Assembly: GCA_964016885.1 (NCBI GenBank)
Contig: OZ024744.1
Location: 8,122,001-8,186,000 of the forward strand
Direction: 5' to 3'
Length of the DNA: 64,000 bases
Source: Eledone cirrhosa
Taxonomy: Eukaryota
The notes under the pieces are model-generated. The model was not told the DNA's origin, searched no databases, and saw nothing but the letters and a program-made list of their open reading frames with translations. Made by a program: the position numbers and the translations under genes. Numbering within the stretch: position 1 is the stretch's first letter; each line of letters starts with the position of its first letter. Positions 36,608-51,600 of the stretch are shown one piece after another.

Positions 36608-39600
36608 GTTAGGCTGGCTGATTAGTAGTATTGGTAGAGGGATTGACACCATACTAGGGTGGTGGATTGGTAGTATAGTTAGAGGGTGTGACACCATGTT
36701 AAGATGGTGGATTGGTAGTATAGGTAGAGGGTGTGACACCATACCAGGTGGTGGATTGGTAGTATAGGTAGAGGGTGTGGCACCATACAAGGGTGGTAGA
36801 ATGGTAGTATTGGTAGAGGGTGTGACACCATACTAGGGTGGTAGATTGGTAGTATAGGTAGAGGGTGTGATACCATACTAGGGTGGTGTATTGGTAGTAT
36901 AGGTAGAGGGTGTGACACCATACTAGTGTGGTGGATTGGTAGTATTGGTAGAGGGTGTGACACCATACCAGGTGGTGGATTGGTAGTATTGGTAGAGGGT
37001 GTGACACCATACAAGGGTGGTGGATTGGTAGTATTGGTAGAGGGTGCGACACCATACTAGGGTGGTTGATTGGCAGTATAGGTAGAGGGTGTGACACCAT
37101 ACTAGGGTGGTAGATTGGTAGTATAGGTAGAGGGTGTGACACCATACTAGGGTGGTGGATTGGTAGTATAGGTAGAGGGTGTGACACCATACTTGGGCGG
37201 TTTATTGGTAGTATTGGTAGAGGGTGTGACACCATACTAGGGTGGTGGATAGGTAGTATAGGTAGAGAGTGGGACACCATACTAGGGTGGTGTATTGGTA
37301 GTATAGGTAGAGAGTGTGACACCATACTAGTAAGGTGTTCGATTGGTAGTATAGGTAGAGGGTGTGACACCATACTAGTGTGGTGGATTGGTAGTATAGG
37401 TAGAGGGTGTGACAGCATACTAGGGTGCTGGATTGACAGTATTGGTAGAGGGTGTGACACCATACTAGGGTGGTGGATTGGTAGAATTGGTAGAGGGTGT
37501 GACACCATACTAGGGTGGTGGATGGGTAGTATAGGTAGAGGGTGTGACACAATACTAGGGTGGTAGATTGGTAGTATTGGTAGAGGGTGTGACACCATAC
37601 TAGGGTGGTGGATTGGCAGTATAGGTAGACGGTGTGATACCATACTAGGGTGGTAGATTGGTAGTATAGTTAGAGGGTGCGACACCATCTTAGGGTGGTG
37701 GATTGGTAGTATTGGTAGAGGGTGTGACACCATGTTAGGGTAGTGGATTGGTAGAATTGGTAGAGGGTGTGATACCATACTAGGGTTGTAGATTGTTAGT
37801 ATTGGTAGCGGTTGTGACACCATACTAGGGTGGTAGATAGGTAGTATTGGTAGAGGGTGTGATACCATACTAGGGTGGTGGATTGGTAGAATTGGTAGAG
37901 GGTGTGACACCATACTAGGGTGGTGGATAGGTAGTATTGTTAGAGTGTGTGACACCATACTAGTGTGGTGGATTGGTAGTATTGGTAGAGAGTTTGACAC
38001 CATACTAGGGTGGTAGATTGGTAGTATTGGTAGAGTGTGTGACACCATACTAGAGTGGTGGATTGGTAGTATAGGTAGAGGGTGTGACAACATGTTAGGG
38101 TGGTGGATTGGTAGTATTGGTAGAGGATGTGACACCAAACTAGGGTGGTGGATTGGTAGTATAGGTAGAAGGTGTGACAGCATACTAGGGTGGTGGATTG
38201 GTAGTATTGGTAGAGGGTGTTACACCATACTAGTGTGGTGGATTGGTAGTATTGGTAGAGGGTGTGACACCATACTAGGTTGGTGGATTTGTAGTATAGG
38301 TAGAGGGTGTGACACCATACTAGGGTGGTGGATTGCTAGTATAGGTAGAGGGTGTGAGACAAAACTATGGTAGTGGATTGGTAGTATACGTAGAGGGTGT
38401 GACATCATACTAGTATGGTGGATAGTAGTATAGGTAGAGGGTGTGAGAGCATACTAGGGTGGTGGATTGACAGTATTGGTAGAACGTGTGACACCATACT
38501 AGGGTGGTAGGTAGGTAGTATTGGTAGAGGATGTGATACCATACTAGGGTGGTGGATTGGTAGTATTGGTAGAGGGTGTGACACCTTACTAGAGTGGTAG
38601 ATATGTAGTATTGGTAGAGGGTATGACACCATACTAGGGTGGTGGATTGGTAGTATAGGTAGAGGGTGTGACACCATACTAGCGTTTTGGATTGACAGTA
38701 TAGGTAGAGGGTGTGACACCATACTAGGGTGGTAGATTGGTAGTATAGGTAGAGGGTGTGAAACCATGTTAGGGTGGTTTGATTGGTAGTATTGGTAAAG
38801 GGTGTGACACCATACTAGGGTGGTAGATTGCTTGTATTTGTAGAGGGTTTGATACCATACTAGTATGGTGGATTGGCAGTATAGGTAGAGGGTGTGACAC
38901 CATTCTAAGGTGGTGGATTGGTAGTATTGGTAGAGGGTGTGACACCATACTAGTGTGGTGGATTGGTAGTATTGGTAGAGAGTTTGACACCATACTAGGG
39001 TGGTAGATTGGTAGTATTGGTAGAGGGTTTGACACCATACTAGGGTGGTGGAGTGGTAGTATTGGTAGAGGGTTTGACACCATACTAGGTTGGTGGATTG
39101 GTAATATATGTAAAGGGTGTGACACCATACTAGCGTGGTGGATTGCTAGTATAGGTAGAGGGTGTGACACCAAACTCTGGTTGTGGATTGGTAGTATAGG
39201 TAGAGGGTGTGACACCATACTAGTGCGGTGGATTGGTAGTATAGGTAGAGGGTGTGACAGCATACTTGGGTGGTGGATTGACAGTATTGGTAGAGGGTGT
39301 GACACCATACTAGGGTGGTAGATAGGTAGTATTTGTAGAGGGTGTGATACCATACTAGGTTGGTGGATTGGTAGTATTGGTATAGGGTGTGACACCATAG
39401 TAGGGTGGTAGATAAGTAGTATTGGTAGAGGGTGTGATACCATACTAGGGTGGTGGATTGGTAGTATTGGTAGAGGGTGTGATACCATAATAGGGTGGTG
39501 GATTGGCAGTGTAGGTAGAGGGTGTGACACCATACTAGGGTGTGACACCATACTAGGGTGGTGGATTGGTAGTACTGGTAGAGAGTTTGACACCATACTA

Positions 39601-42600
39601 GGGTGGTAGATTGGTAGTATTGGTAGAGTGTGTGACACCATACTAGGGTGGTGGATTGGTAGCATTGGTAGAGGGTGTGACACCATACTAGGTTGGTGGA
39701 TTGATAGTATAGGTAGAGGGTGTGACACCATACTAGGGTGTTGGATTGGTAGTATAGGTAGAGGGTGTTACACCATACTAGGGTGGTAGATAGGTAGTAT
39801 TTGTAGACGGTGTGATACCATACTAGGGTGGTGGATTGGTAGTGTTGGTATAGGGTGTGACACCATACTAGGGTGGTAGATACTTAGTATTGGTAGAGGG
39901 TGTGATACCATACTAGGGTGGTACATTGGTAGTATTGGTAGAGGGTGTGACACCATACTAGGGTGGTGGATTGGCAGTACAGGTAGAGGGTGTGATACCA
40001 TACTAAGGTGGTAGATTGGTAGTATAGGTAGAGGGTGTGACACCATACTAGGGTGGTAGATAGGTAGTATCTGTAGACGGTGTGACAGCATACTAGGGTG
40101 GTGGATTGGTAGTATAGGTAGAGGGTGTGATACCATACTCGGGTGGTGGATTGGTAGTATTGGTAGAGGGTGTGACACCATACTATGGTGGTGGATTGGT
40201 AGAGGGTGTGACACCATACTAGGGTGGTGGATTGGCAGTATAGGTAGAGGGTGTGATACCATACTAAGGTGGTAGATTGGTAGTATAGGTAGAGGGTGTG
40301 ACACCATACTAGGGTGGTGGATTGCTAGTATAGGTAGAGGGTGTGACACCATACCAGGGTCGTGGATTGGTAGTATTGGTAGAGGGTGTGACACCATACT
40401 AGGCTGATGGATTGGTAGTATAGATATAGGGTGCGACACCGTACTAGGGTGGTGTATTGGTAGTATAGGTAGAGGGTGTGACACCATACTAGGGTGGTGG
40501 ATTGGCAGTATAGGTAGTGGGTGTGACACCATACTAGGGTGGTAGATAGGTAGTATTGGTAGCGGGTGTGACACCATGTTAGTGTGGTGGATTGGTAGTA
40601 TTGGTAGAGGGTGTGACCCCATACTAGGATGGTGGATTGGTAGTATAGGTAGAGGGTGTGACACCATACTAGGGTGGTAGATTGGTAGTATATGTAGAGG
40701 GTGTGACACCATGTTAGGGTGGTGGATTGGTAGTATTGGTAGAGGGTGTGACACCATGTTAGGGTGGTGGATTGGTAGTATAGGTATAGAGTGTGACACC
40801 ATACTAGTGTAGTGGATTTACAGTATAGGTAGAGGGTGTGACACCATACTAGGGCGGTGGGTTAGCAGTATAGGTAGAGGGTGTGACACCATTCTGGTAT
40901 GGTGGATTGGCAGTATAGGTAGAGGGTGTGACACCATTCTAGTATGGTGGATTGGTAGTATAGGTAGAGGGTGTGACACCATACCAGGTGATGGATTGGT
41001 AGTGTAGTTAGAGGGTGTGACACCATACTAGGGTGGTGGATTGGTAGTATTGGTAGCGGTTGTGACACCCTACTAGGGTGGTAGATAGGTAGTATTTGTA
41101 GAGGGTGTGATACCATACTAGGGTGGTGGATTGGTAGAATTGGTATAGGGTGTGACACCATACTAGGGTGGTAGATAGGTAGTATTGGTAGAGGGTGTGA
41201 TACCTTACTAGGGTGGTGGATTGGTAGTATTGGTAGAGGGTGTGATACCATAATTGGGTGGTGGATTGACAGTATATGTAGAGGGTGTGATACCATACTA
41301 GTATGGTGGATTGGCAGTATAGGTAGAGGGTGTGACACCATACTAGGGTGATGGATTGGTAGTATTGGTAGAGGGTGTGACACCATACTAGTGTGGTGGA
41401 TTGGTAGTATTGGTAGAGAGTTTGACACCATAGTAGGGTAGTAGATTGGTAGTATTGGTAGAGTGTGACACCATACTAGGGTGGTGAATTGGTAGTATTG
41501 GTAGAGGGTGTGACACCATACTAGGTTGGTGGATTGGTAGTATAGGTAGAGGGTGTGACACCATACTAGGATGGTGTATTGCTAGTATAGGTAGAGGGTG
41601 TGACGCCAAACTATGGTAGTGGATTGGTAGTATAGGTAGAGGGTGTGACACCATACTAGTGTGGTGGATTGGTAGTATAGGTAGAGGGTGTGACACCATA
41701 CTAGGGTGGTAGATAGGTAGTATTTGTAGAGGGTGTGATACCATACTAGGGTGGTGGATTGGTAGTATTGGTATAGGGTGTGACACCATGTTAGGGTGGT
41801 AGGTTGGTAGTATTAGTAGAGGGTGTGACACCATACTAGGGTGGTGGATTGGTAGTATTGTTAGAGGGTGTGATACCATAATAGGGTGGTGGATTGGTAG
41901 TATTGGTAGAGGGTGTGACACCATACTAGGGTGGTAGATAGGTAGTATTGCTAGAGGGTGTGACACCATATTAGGGTGGTGGATTGGTAGTATAGGTAGA
42001 GGGTGTGACACCATACTAGGGTGGTAGATTGGTAGTATTGGTAGAGGGTGTGACACCATACTTGGGTGGGGGATTGGCAGTATAGGTAGAGGGTGTGACA
42101 CCATGTTAGGGTGGTAGATTGGTAGTATAGTTAGAGTGTGTGACAGCACACTAGGGTGGTGGGTTGGTAGAATAGGTAGAGGGTCTGACACCATGTTAGG
42201 GTGGTCGATTGGTAGTATTGGTAGAGCGTGTGACACCATGTTAGGGTGGTGCATTGGTAGTATAGGTAGAGGGTGTGACACCATACTTGGGTGGTGGATT
42301 GGTAGTGTAGGTAGAGGGTGTGACACCATACTAGGGTGGTGGATTTTAGTATAGGTAGAGGGTGTGACACCATACTAGTGTGGTGGGTTGGTAGTATAGG
42401 TAGAGGGTGTGATACCATACTAGAGTGGAGGATTGGTAGTATTGGTAGAGGGGGTGACACCATACTAGGGTGGTAGATAGGTAGTATTGGTAGAGCGTGT
42501 GACACCATACTAGGGTGGTAGATTGGTAGTATTGGTAGAGGGTGTGACACCATACTAGGGTGGTGGATTGGTAGTATAGGTAGAAGTTATGACACCATAC

Positions 42601-45600
42601 TAGGGTGGTGGATTGGTAGTATTGGTAGAGGGTGTGACACCATGCTTGGGTGGTGCATTGCTAGTATAGGTAGAGGGTGTGACACCATACTAGGGTGGTA
42701 GATTGGTAGTATTGATAGAGGGTGTGACACCATACTAGGGTGGTGGATTGGTAGTATAGGTAGAAGGTGTGACACCATACTAGGGTGGTAGATTGGTTGT
42801 ATAGGTAGAGGGTGTGATACCATACTAGGGTGGTGGAGTGACAGTATAGCTAGAGGGTGTGACACCATACTAGCGTGTTAGATTGGTAGTATTGGTAGAG
42901 GGTGTGACACCATGGTAAGGTGGTGGATTGGTAGTATTGATAGAGGGTGTGACACCATACTAGGGTGGTGTATTGGTAGAGGTTGTGACACAATACTAGG
43001 GTGGTGGATTGGTAGTATTGGTAGAGTATGTGAAACCATGTTAGTGTGGTGGATTGGTAGTATTGGTAGAGGGTGTGACACCATGTTAGGGTGGTGGATT
43101 GGTAGTATAGGTAGAGGGTGTGACACCATGTTAGGCTGGCTGATTGGTAGTATTGGTAGAGGGTGGGACACCATACTAGTATGGTGGATTGGTAGTATAG
43201 GTAGAGGGTGTGATACCATACTAGGGTGGTAGATTGGTATTATTGGTAGAGGGTGTGACACCATACTAGGTGGTGGATTGGTAGTATAGGTAGAGGGTGT
43301 GACACCATACTAGGGTGGTGGATTGGTAGTATTGGTAGAGGGTGCGACACCATACTAGGTTGGTGGATTGGTAGTATAGGTAAAGGGTGTGACACCATAC
43401 TAGGGTGGTGGATTGGTAGTATAGGTAGAGGGTGTGACACCATACTAGGGTGGTTTATTGGTAGTATTGGTAGAGGGTGTGACACTATACTAGGGTGGTG
43501 GATAGGTAGTATAGGTAGAGGGTGTGACACCATACTAGTGTGGTGTATTGGTAGTATAGGTAGAGGGTGTGACACCATACTAGTGTGGTGGATTGGTAGT
43601 ATAGGTAGAGGGTGTGACAGCATACTAGGGTGGTGGATTGACAGTATTGGTAGAGGGTGTGACACCATACTAGGGGGGTAGATAGGTAGTATTGTTAGAG
43701 GGTGTGATACCATACTAGGTTGGTGGATTGGTAGTATTGATAGAGGGTGTGACACCATACAAGGGTGGTGGATTGGTAGTATAGGTAGAGGGTGTGACAC
43801 CATACTAGGGTGGTGGATTGGCAGTATAGGTAGAGGGTGTGACACCATACTCGGTTGGTGGATTGGTAGTATTGATAGAGGGTGTGACACCATACTAGGG
43901 TGGTGGATTGGAAGTATAGGTAGAGGGTGTGATACCATACTCGGGTGGTGAATTGGTAGTATTAGTAGAGGGTGTGACAGCATACTAGGGTGGTAGATAT
44001 GCAGTAGAGGGTAGAGGGTGTGACACCATACCAGGGTGGTGGATTGGTAGTATAGGTAGAGGGTCTGACAACATGTTAGGGTGGTGGATTGGTAGTATTG
44101 GTAGAGGGTGTGACACCATACTAGGGTGGTGCATTGGTAGTACAGGTAGAGGGTGTGACACCATACTAGGGTGGTAGATTGGTATTATAGGTAGAGGGTG
44201 TGACACCATGTTAGGGTGGTGGATTGGTCGTATTGGTAGAGGGTGTGACACCATGTTAGGGTGGTGGATTGGTAGTATTGGTATAGGGTGTGACACCATA
44301 CTAGGGTGGTGGATTGGTAGTATTGGTAGAGGGTGTGATACCATACTAGTGTGGTGGATTGGTAGTATTAGTAGAGAGTTTGACACCATACTAGGGTGGT
44401 AGATTGGAAGTATTGGTAGAGTGTGTGACACCATACTAGGTTGGTTGATTGGTAGTATAGGTAAGGGTGTGACACCATACTAGGGTGGTGGATTGCTAGT
44501 ATACGTAGTGGGTGTGACACCAAACTATGGTAGTGGATTGGTAGTATAGGTAGAGGGTGTGACACCATACTAGTGTGGTGGATTGGTAGTATAGGTAGAG
44601 AGTGTGACATCATACTAGGCTGGTGGATTGACAGTAATGGTAGAGGGTGTGACACCATACTAGGGTGGTAGCTAGGTAGTATTTGTAGAGGGTGTGATAC
44701 CTTACTAGGGTGGTGGATTGGCAGTATAGGTAGAGGGTGTGACACCATGTTAGGGTGGTGGATTGGTAGTATTGGTAGAGGGTGTGACACCATGTTAGGG
44801 TGGTGGATTAGTAGTATAGGTAGAGGGTGTGACACCATACTTGGGTGGTGGATTGGTAGTGTAGGTAGAGGGTGTGACACCATACTAGGGTGGTGGATTT
44901 TTAGTATATGTAGAAGGTGTGACACCATACTAGTGTGGTGGATTGGTAGTATAGGTAGAGGGTGTGATACCATACTAGAGTGGAGGATTGGTAGTATTGG
45001 TAGAGGGGGTGACACCATACTAGGGAGGTAGATAGGTAGTATTGGTAGAGGGTGTGACACCATAATAGGGTGGTAGATTGGTAGTATTGGTAGAGGGTGT
45101 GACACCATACTAGGGTGGTGGATTGGTAGTATAGGTAGAGGGTGTGACACCATACTAGGGTGGTAGATTGGTAGTATTGATAGAGGGTGTGACACCATAC
45201 TAGGGTGGTGGATTGATAGTATAGGTAGAATGTGTGAAACCATACTAGGGTGGTAGATTGGTAGTATAGCTAGAGGGTGTGATACCATACTAGGGTGGTG
45301 GAGTGACAGTATAGGTAGAGGGTGTGACACCATACTAGCGTGTTAGATTGGTAGTATTGGTAGAGGGTGTTACACCATACTAGGGTGGTGTATTTGTAGA
45401 GGGTGTGACACAATACTAGGGTGGTGGAATGGTAGTATTGGTAGAGGGTGTGACACCATGGTAGGATGGTGGATTGGTAGTATTGGTAGAGGGTGTGACA
45501 CCATGTTAGGGTGGTGGATTGGTAGTATAGGTAGAGGGTGTGACACCATGTTAGGCTGGCTGATTAGTAGTATTGGTAGAGGGATTGACACCATACTAGG

Positions 45601-48600
45601 GTGGTGGATTGGTAGTATAGTTAGAGGGTGTGACACCATGTTAAGATGGTGGATTGGTAGTATAGGTAGAGGGTGTGACACCATACCAGGTGGTGGATTG
45701 GTAGTATAGGTAGAGGGTGTGGCACCATACAAGGGTGGTAGAATGGTAGTATTGGTAGAGGGTGTGACACCATACTAGGGTGGTAGATTGGTAGTATAGG
45801 TAGAGGGTGTGATACCATACTAGGGTGGTGTATTGGTAGTATAGGTAGAGGGTGTGACACCATACTAGTGTGGTGGATTGGTAGTATTGGTAGAGGGTGT
45901 GACACCATACCAGGTGGTGGATTGGTAGTATTGGTAGAGGGTGTGACACCATACAAGGGTGGTGGATTGGTAGTATTGGTAGAGGGTGCGACACCATACT
46001 AGGGTGGTTGATTGGCAGTATAGGTAGAGGGTGTGACACCATACTAGGGTGGTAGATTGGTAGTATAGGTAGAGGGTGTGACACCATACTAGGGTGGTGG
46101 ATTGGTAGTATAGGTAGAGGGTGTGACACCATACTTGGGCGGTTTATTGGTAGTATTGGTAGAGGGTGTGACACCATACTAGGGTGGTGGATAGGTAGTA
46201 TAGGTAGAGAGTGGGACACCATACTAGGGTGGTGTATTGGTAGTATAGGTAGAGAGTGTGACACCATACTAGTAAGGTGTTCGATTGGTAGTATAGGTAG
46301 AGGGTGTGACACCATACTAGTGTGGTGGATTGGTAGTATAGGTAGAGGGTGTGACAGCATACTAGGGTGCTGGATTGACAGTATTGGTAGAGGGTGTGAC
46401 ACCATACTAGGGTGGTGGATTGGTAGAATTGGTAGAGGGTGTGACACCATACTAGGGTGGTGGATGGGTAGTATAGGTAGAGGGTGTGACACAATACTAG
46501 GGTGGTAGATTGGTAGTATTGGTAGAGGGTGTGACACCATACTAGGGTGGTGGATTGGCAGTATAGGTAGACGGTGTGATACCATACTAGGGTGGTAGAT
46601 TGGTAGTATAGTTAGAGGGTGCGACACCATCTTAGGGTGGTGGATTGGTAGTATTGGTAGAGGGTGTGACACCATGTTAGGGTAGTGGATTGGTAGAATT
46701 GGTAGAGGGTGTGATACCATACTAGGGTTGTAGATTGTTAGTATTGGTAGCGGTTGTGACACCATACTAGGGTGGTAGATAGGTAGTATTGGTAGAGGGT
46801 GTGATACCATACTAGGGTGGTGGATTGGTAGAATTGGTAGAGGGTGTGACACCATACTAGGGTGGTGGATAGGTAGTATTGTTAGAGTGTGTGACACCAT
46901 ACTAGTGTGGTGGATTGGTAGTATTGGTAGAGAGTTTGACACCATACTAGGGTGGTAGATTGGTAGTATTGGTAGAGTGTGTGACACCATACTAGAGTGG
47001 TGGATTGGTAGTATAGGTAGAGGGTGTGACAACATGTTAGGGTGGTGGATTGGTAGTATTGGTAGAGGATGTGACACCAAACTAGGGTGGTGGATTGGTA
47101 GTATAGGTAGAAGGTGTGACAGCATACTAGGGTGGTGGATTGGTAGTATTGGTAGAGGGTGTTACACCATACTAGTGTGGTGGATTGGTAGTATTGGTAG
47201 AGGGTGTGACACCATACTAGGTTGGTGGATTTGTAGTATAGGTAGAGGGTGTGACACCATACTAGGGTGGTGGATTGCTAGTATAGGTAGAGGGTGTGAG
47301 ACAAAACTATGGTAGTGGATTGGTAGTATACGTAGAGGGTGTGACATCATACTAGTATGGTGGATAGTAGTATAGGTAGAGGGTGTGAGAGCATACTAGG
47401 GTGGTGGATTGACAGTATTGGTAGAACGTGTGACACCATACTAGGGTGGTAGGTAGGTAGTATTGGTAGAGGATGTGATACCATACTAGGGTGGTGGATT
47501 GGTAGTATTGGTAGAGGGTGTGACACCTTACTAGAGTGGTAGATATGTAGTATTGGTAGAGGGTATGACACCATACTAGGGTGGTGGATTGGTAGTATAG
47601 GTAGAGGGTGTGACACCATACTAGCGTTTTGGATTGACAGTATAGGTAGAGGGTGTGACACCATACTAGGGTGGTAGATTGGTAGTATAGGTAGAGGGTG
47701 TGAAACCATGTTAGGGTGGTTTGATTGGTAGTATTGGTAAAGGGTGTGACACCATACTAGGGTGGTAGATTGCTTGTATTTGTAGAGGGTTTGATACCAT
47801 ACTAGTATGGTGGATTGGCAGTATAGGTAGAGGGTGTGACACCATTCTAAGGTGGTGGATTGGTAGTATTGGTAGAGGGTGTGACACCATACTAGTGTGG
47901 TGGATTGGTAGTATTGGTAGAGAGTTTGACACCATACTAGGGTGGTAGATTGGTAGTATTGGTAGAGGGTTTGACACCATACTAGGGTGGTGGAGTGGTA
48001 GTATTGGTAGAGGGTTTGACACCATACTAGGTTGGTGGATTGGTAATATATGTAAAGGGTGTGACACCATACTAGCGTGGTGGATTGCTAGTATAGGTAG
48101 AGGGTGTGACACCAAACTCTGGTTGTGGATTGGTAGTATAGGTAGAGGGTGTGACACCATACTAGTGCGGTGGATTGGTAGTATAGGTAGAGGGTGTGAC
48201 AGCATACTTGGGTGGTGGATTGACAGTATTGGTAGAGGGTGTGACACCATACTAGGGTGGTAGATAGGTAGTATTTGTAGAGGGTGTGATACCATACTAG
48301 GTTGGTGGATTGGTAGTATTGGTATAGGGTGTGACACCATAGTAGGGTGGTAGATAAGTAGTATTGGTAGAGGGTGTGATACCATACTAGGGTGGTGGAT
48401 TGGTAGTATTGGTAGAGGGTGTGATACCATAATAGGGTGGTGGATTGGCAGTGTAGGTAGAGGGTGTGACACCATACTAGGGTGTGACACCATACTAGGG
48501 TGGTGGATTGGTAGTACTGGTAGAGAGTTTGACACCATACTAGGGTGGTAGATTGGTAGTATTGGTAGAGTGTGTGACACCATACTAGGGTGGTGGATTG

Positions 48601-51600
48601 GTAGCATTGGTAGAGGGTGTGACACCATACTAGGTTGGTGGATTGATAGTATAGGTAGAGGGTGTGACACCATACTAGGGTGTTGGATTGGTAGTATAGG
48701 TAGAGGGTGTTACACCATACTAGGGTGGTAGATAGGTAGTATTTGTAGACGGTGTGATACCATACTAGGGTGGTGGATTGGTAGTGTTGGTATAGGGTGT
48801 GACACCATACTAGGGTGGTAGATACTTAGTATTGGTAGAGGGTGTGATACCATACTAGGGTGGTACATTGGTAGTATTGGTAGAGGGTGTGACACCATAC
48901 TAGGGTGGTGGATTGGCAGTACAGGTAGAGGGTGTGATACCATACTAAGGTGGTAGATTGGTAGTATAGGTAGAGGGTGTGACACCATACTAGGGTGGTA
49001 GATAGGTAGTATCTGTAGACGGTGTGACAGCATACTAGGGTGGTGGATTGGTAGTATAGGTAGAGGGTGTGATACCATACTCGGGTGGTGGATTGGTAGT
49101 ATTGGTAGAGGGTGTGACACCATACTATGGTGGTGGATTGGTAGAGGGTGTGACACCATACTAGGGTGGTGGATTGGCAGTATAGGTAGAGGGTGTGATA
49201 CCATACTAAGGTGGTAGATTGGTAGTATAGGTAGAGGGTGTGACACCATACTAGGGTGGTGGATTGCTAGTATAGGTAGAGGGTGTGACACCATACCAGG
49301 GTCGTGGATTGGTAGTATTGGTAGAGGGTGTGACACCATACTAGGCTGATGGATTGGTAGTATAGATATAGGGTGCGACACCGTACTAGGGTGGTGTATT
49401 GGTAGTATAGGTAGAGGGTGTGACACCATACTAGGGTGGTGGATTGGCAGTATAGGTAGTGGGTGTGACACCATACTAGGGTGGTAGATAGGTAGTATTG
49501 GTAGCGGGTGTGACACCATGTTAGTGTGGTGGATTGGTAGTATTGGTAGAGGGTGTGACCCCATACTAGGATGGTGGATTGGTAGTATAGGTAGAGGGTG
49601 TGACACCATACTAGGGTGGTAGATTGGTAGTATATGTAGAGGGTGTGACACCATGTTAGGGTGGTGGATTGGTAGTATTGGTAGAGGGTGTGACACCATG
49701 TTAGGGTGGTGGATTGGTAGTATAGGTATAGAGTGTGACACCATACTAGTGTAGTGGATTTACAGTATAGGTAGAGGGTGTGACACCATACTAGGGCGGT
49801 GGGTTAGCAGTATAGGTAGAGGGTGTGACACCATTCTGGTATGGTGGATTGGCAGTATAGGTAGAGGGTGTGACACCATTCTAGTATGGTGGATTGGTAG
49901 TATAGGTAGAGGGTGTGACACCATACCAGGTGATGGATTGGTAGTGTAGTTAGAGGGTGTGACACCATACTAGGGTGGTGGATTGGTAGTATTGGTAGCG
50001 GTTGTGACACCCTACTAGGGTGGTAGATAGGTAGTATTTGTAGAGGGTGTGATACCATACTAGGGTGGTGGATTGGTAGAATTGGTATAGGGTGTGACAC
50101 CATACTAGGGTGGTAGATAGGTAGTATTGGTAGAGGGTGTGATACCTTACTAGGGTGGTGGATTGGTAGTATTGGTAGAGGGTGTGATACCATAATTGGG
50201 TGGTGGATTGACAGTATATGTAGAGGGTGTGATACCATACTAGTATGGTGGATTGGCAGTATAGGTAGAGGGTGTGACACCATACTAGGGTGATGGATTG
50301 GTAGTATTGGTAGAGGGTGTGACACCATACTAGTGTGGTGGATTGGTAGTATTGGTAGAGAGTTTGACACCATAGTAGGGTAGTAGATTGGTAGTATTGG
50401 TAGAGTGTGACACCATACTAGGGTGGTGAATTGGTAGTATTGGTAGAGGGTGTGACACCATACTAGGTTGGTGGATTGGTAGTATAGGTAGAGGGTGTGA
50501 CACCATACTAGGATGGTGTATTGCTAGTATAGGTAGAGGGTGTGACGCCAAACTATGGTAGTGGATTGGTAGTATAGGTAGAGGGTGTGACACCATACTA
50601 GTGTGGTGGATTGGTAGTATAGGTAGAGGGTGTGACACCATACTAGGGTGGTAGATAGGTAGTATTTGTAGAGGGTGTGATACCATACTAGGGTGGTGGA
50701 TTGGTAGTATTGGTATAGGGTGTGACACCATGTTAGGGTGGTAGGTTGGTAGTATTAGTAGAGGGTGTGACACCATACTAGGGTGGTGGATTGGTAGTAT
50801 TGTTAGAGGGTGTGATACCATAATAGGGTGGTGGATTGGTAGTATTGGTAGAGGGTGTGACACCATACTAGGGTGGTAGATAGGTAGTATTGCTAGAGGG
50901 TGTGACACCATATTAGGGTGGTGGATTGGTAGTATAGGTAGAGGGTGTGACACCATACTAGGGTGGTAGATTGGTAGTATTGGTAGAGGGTGTGACACCA
51001 TACTTGGGTGGGGGATTGGCAGTATAGGTAGAGGGTGTGACACCATGTTAGGGTGGTAGATTGGTAGTATAGTTAGAGTGTGTGACAGCACACTAGGGTG
51101 GTGGGTTGGTAGAATAGGTAGAGGGTCTGACACCATGTTAGGGTGGTCGATTGGTAGTATTGGTAGAGCGTGTGACACCATGTTAGGGTGGTGCATTGGT
51201 AGTATAGGTAGAGGGTGTGACACCATACTTGGGTGGTGGATTGGTAGTGTAGGTAGAGGGTGTGACACCATACTAGGGTGGTGGATTTTAGTATAGGTAG
51301 AGGGTGTGACACCATACTAGTGTGGTGGGTTGGTAGTATAGGTAGAGGGTGTGATACCATACTAGAGTGGAGGATTGGTAGTATTGGTAGAGGGGGTGAC
51401 ACCATACTAGGGTGGTAGATAGGTAGTATTGGTAGAGCGTGTGACACCATACTAGGGTGGTAGATTGGTAGTATTGGTAGAGGGTGTGACACCATACTAG
51501 GGTGGTGGATTGGTAGTATAGGTAGAAGTTATGACACCATACTAGGGTGGTGGATTGGTAGTATTGGTAGAGGGTGTGACACCATGCTTGGGTGGTGCAT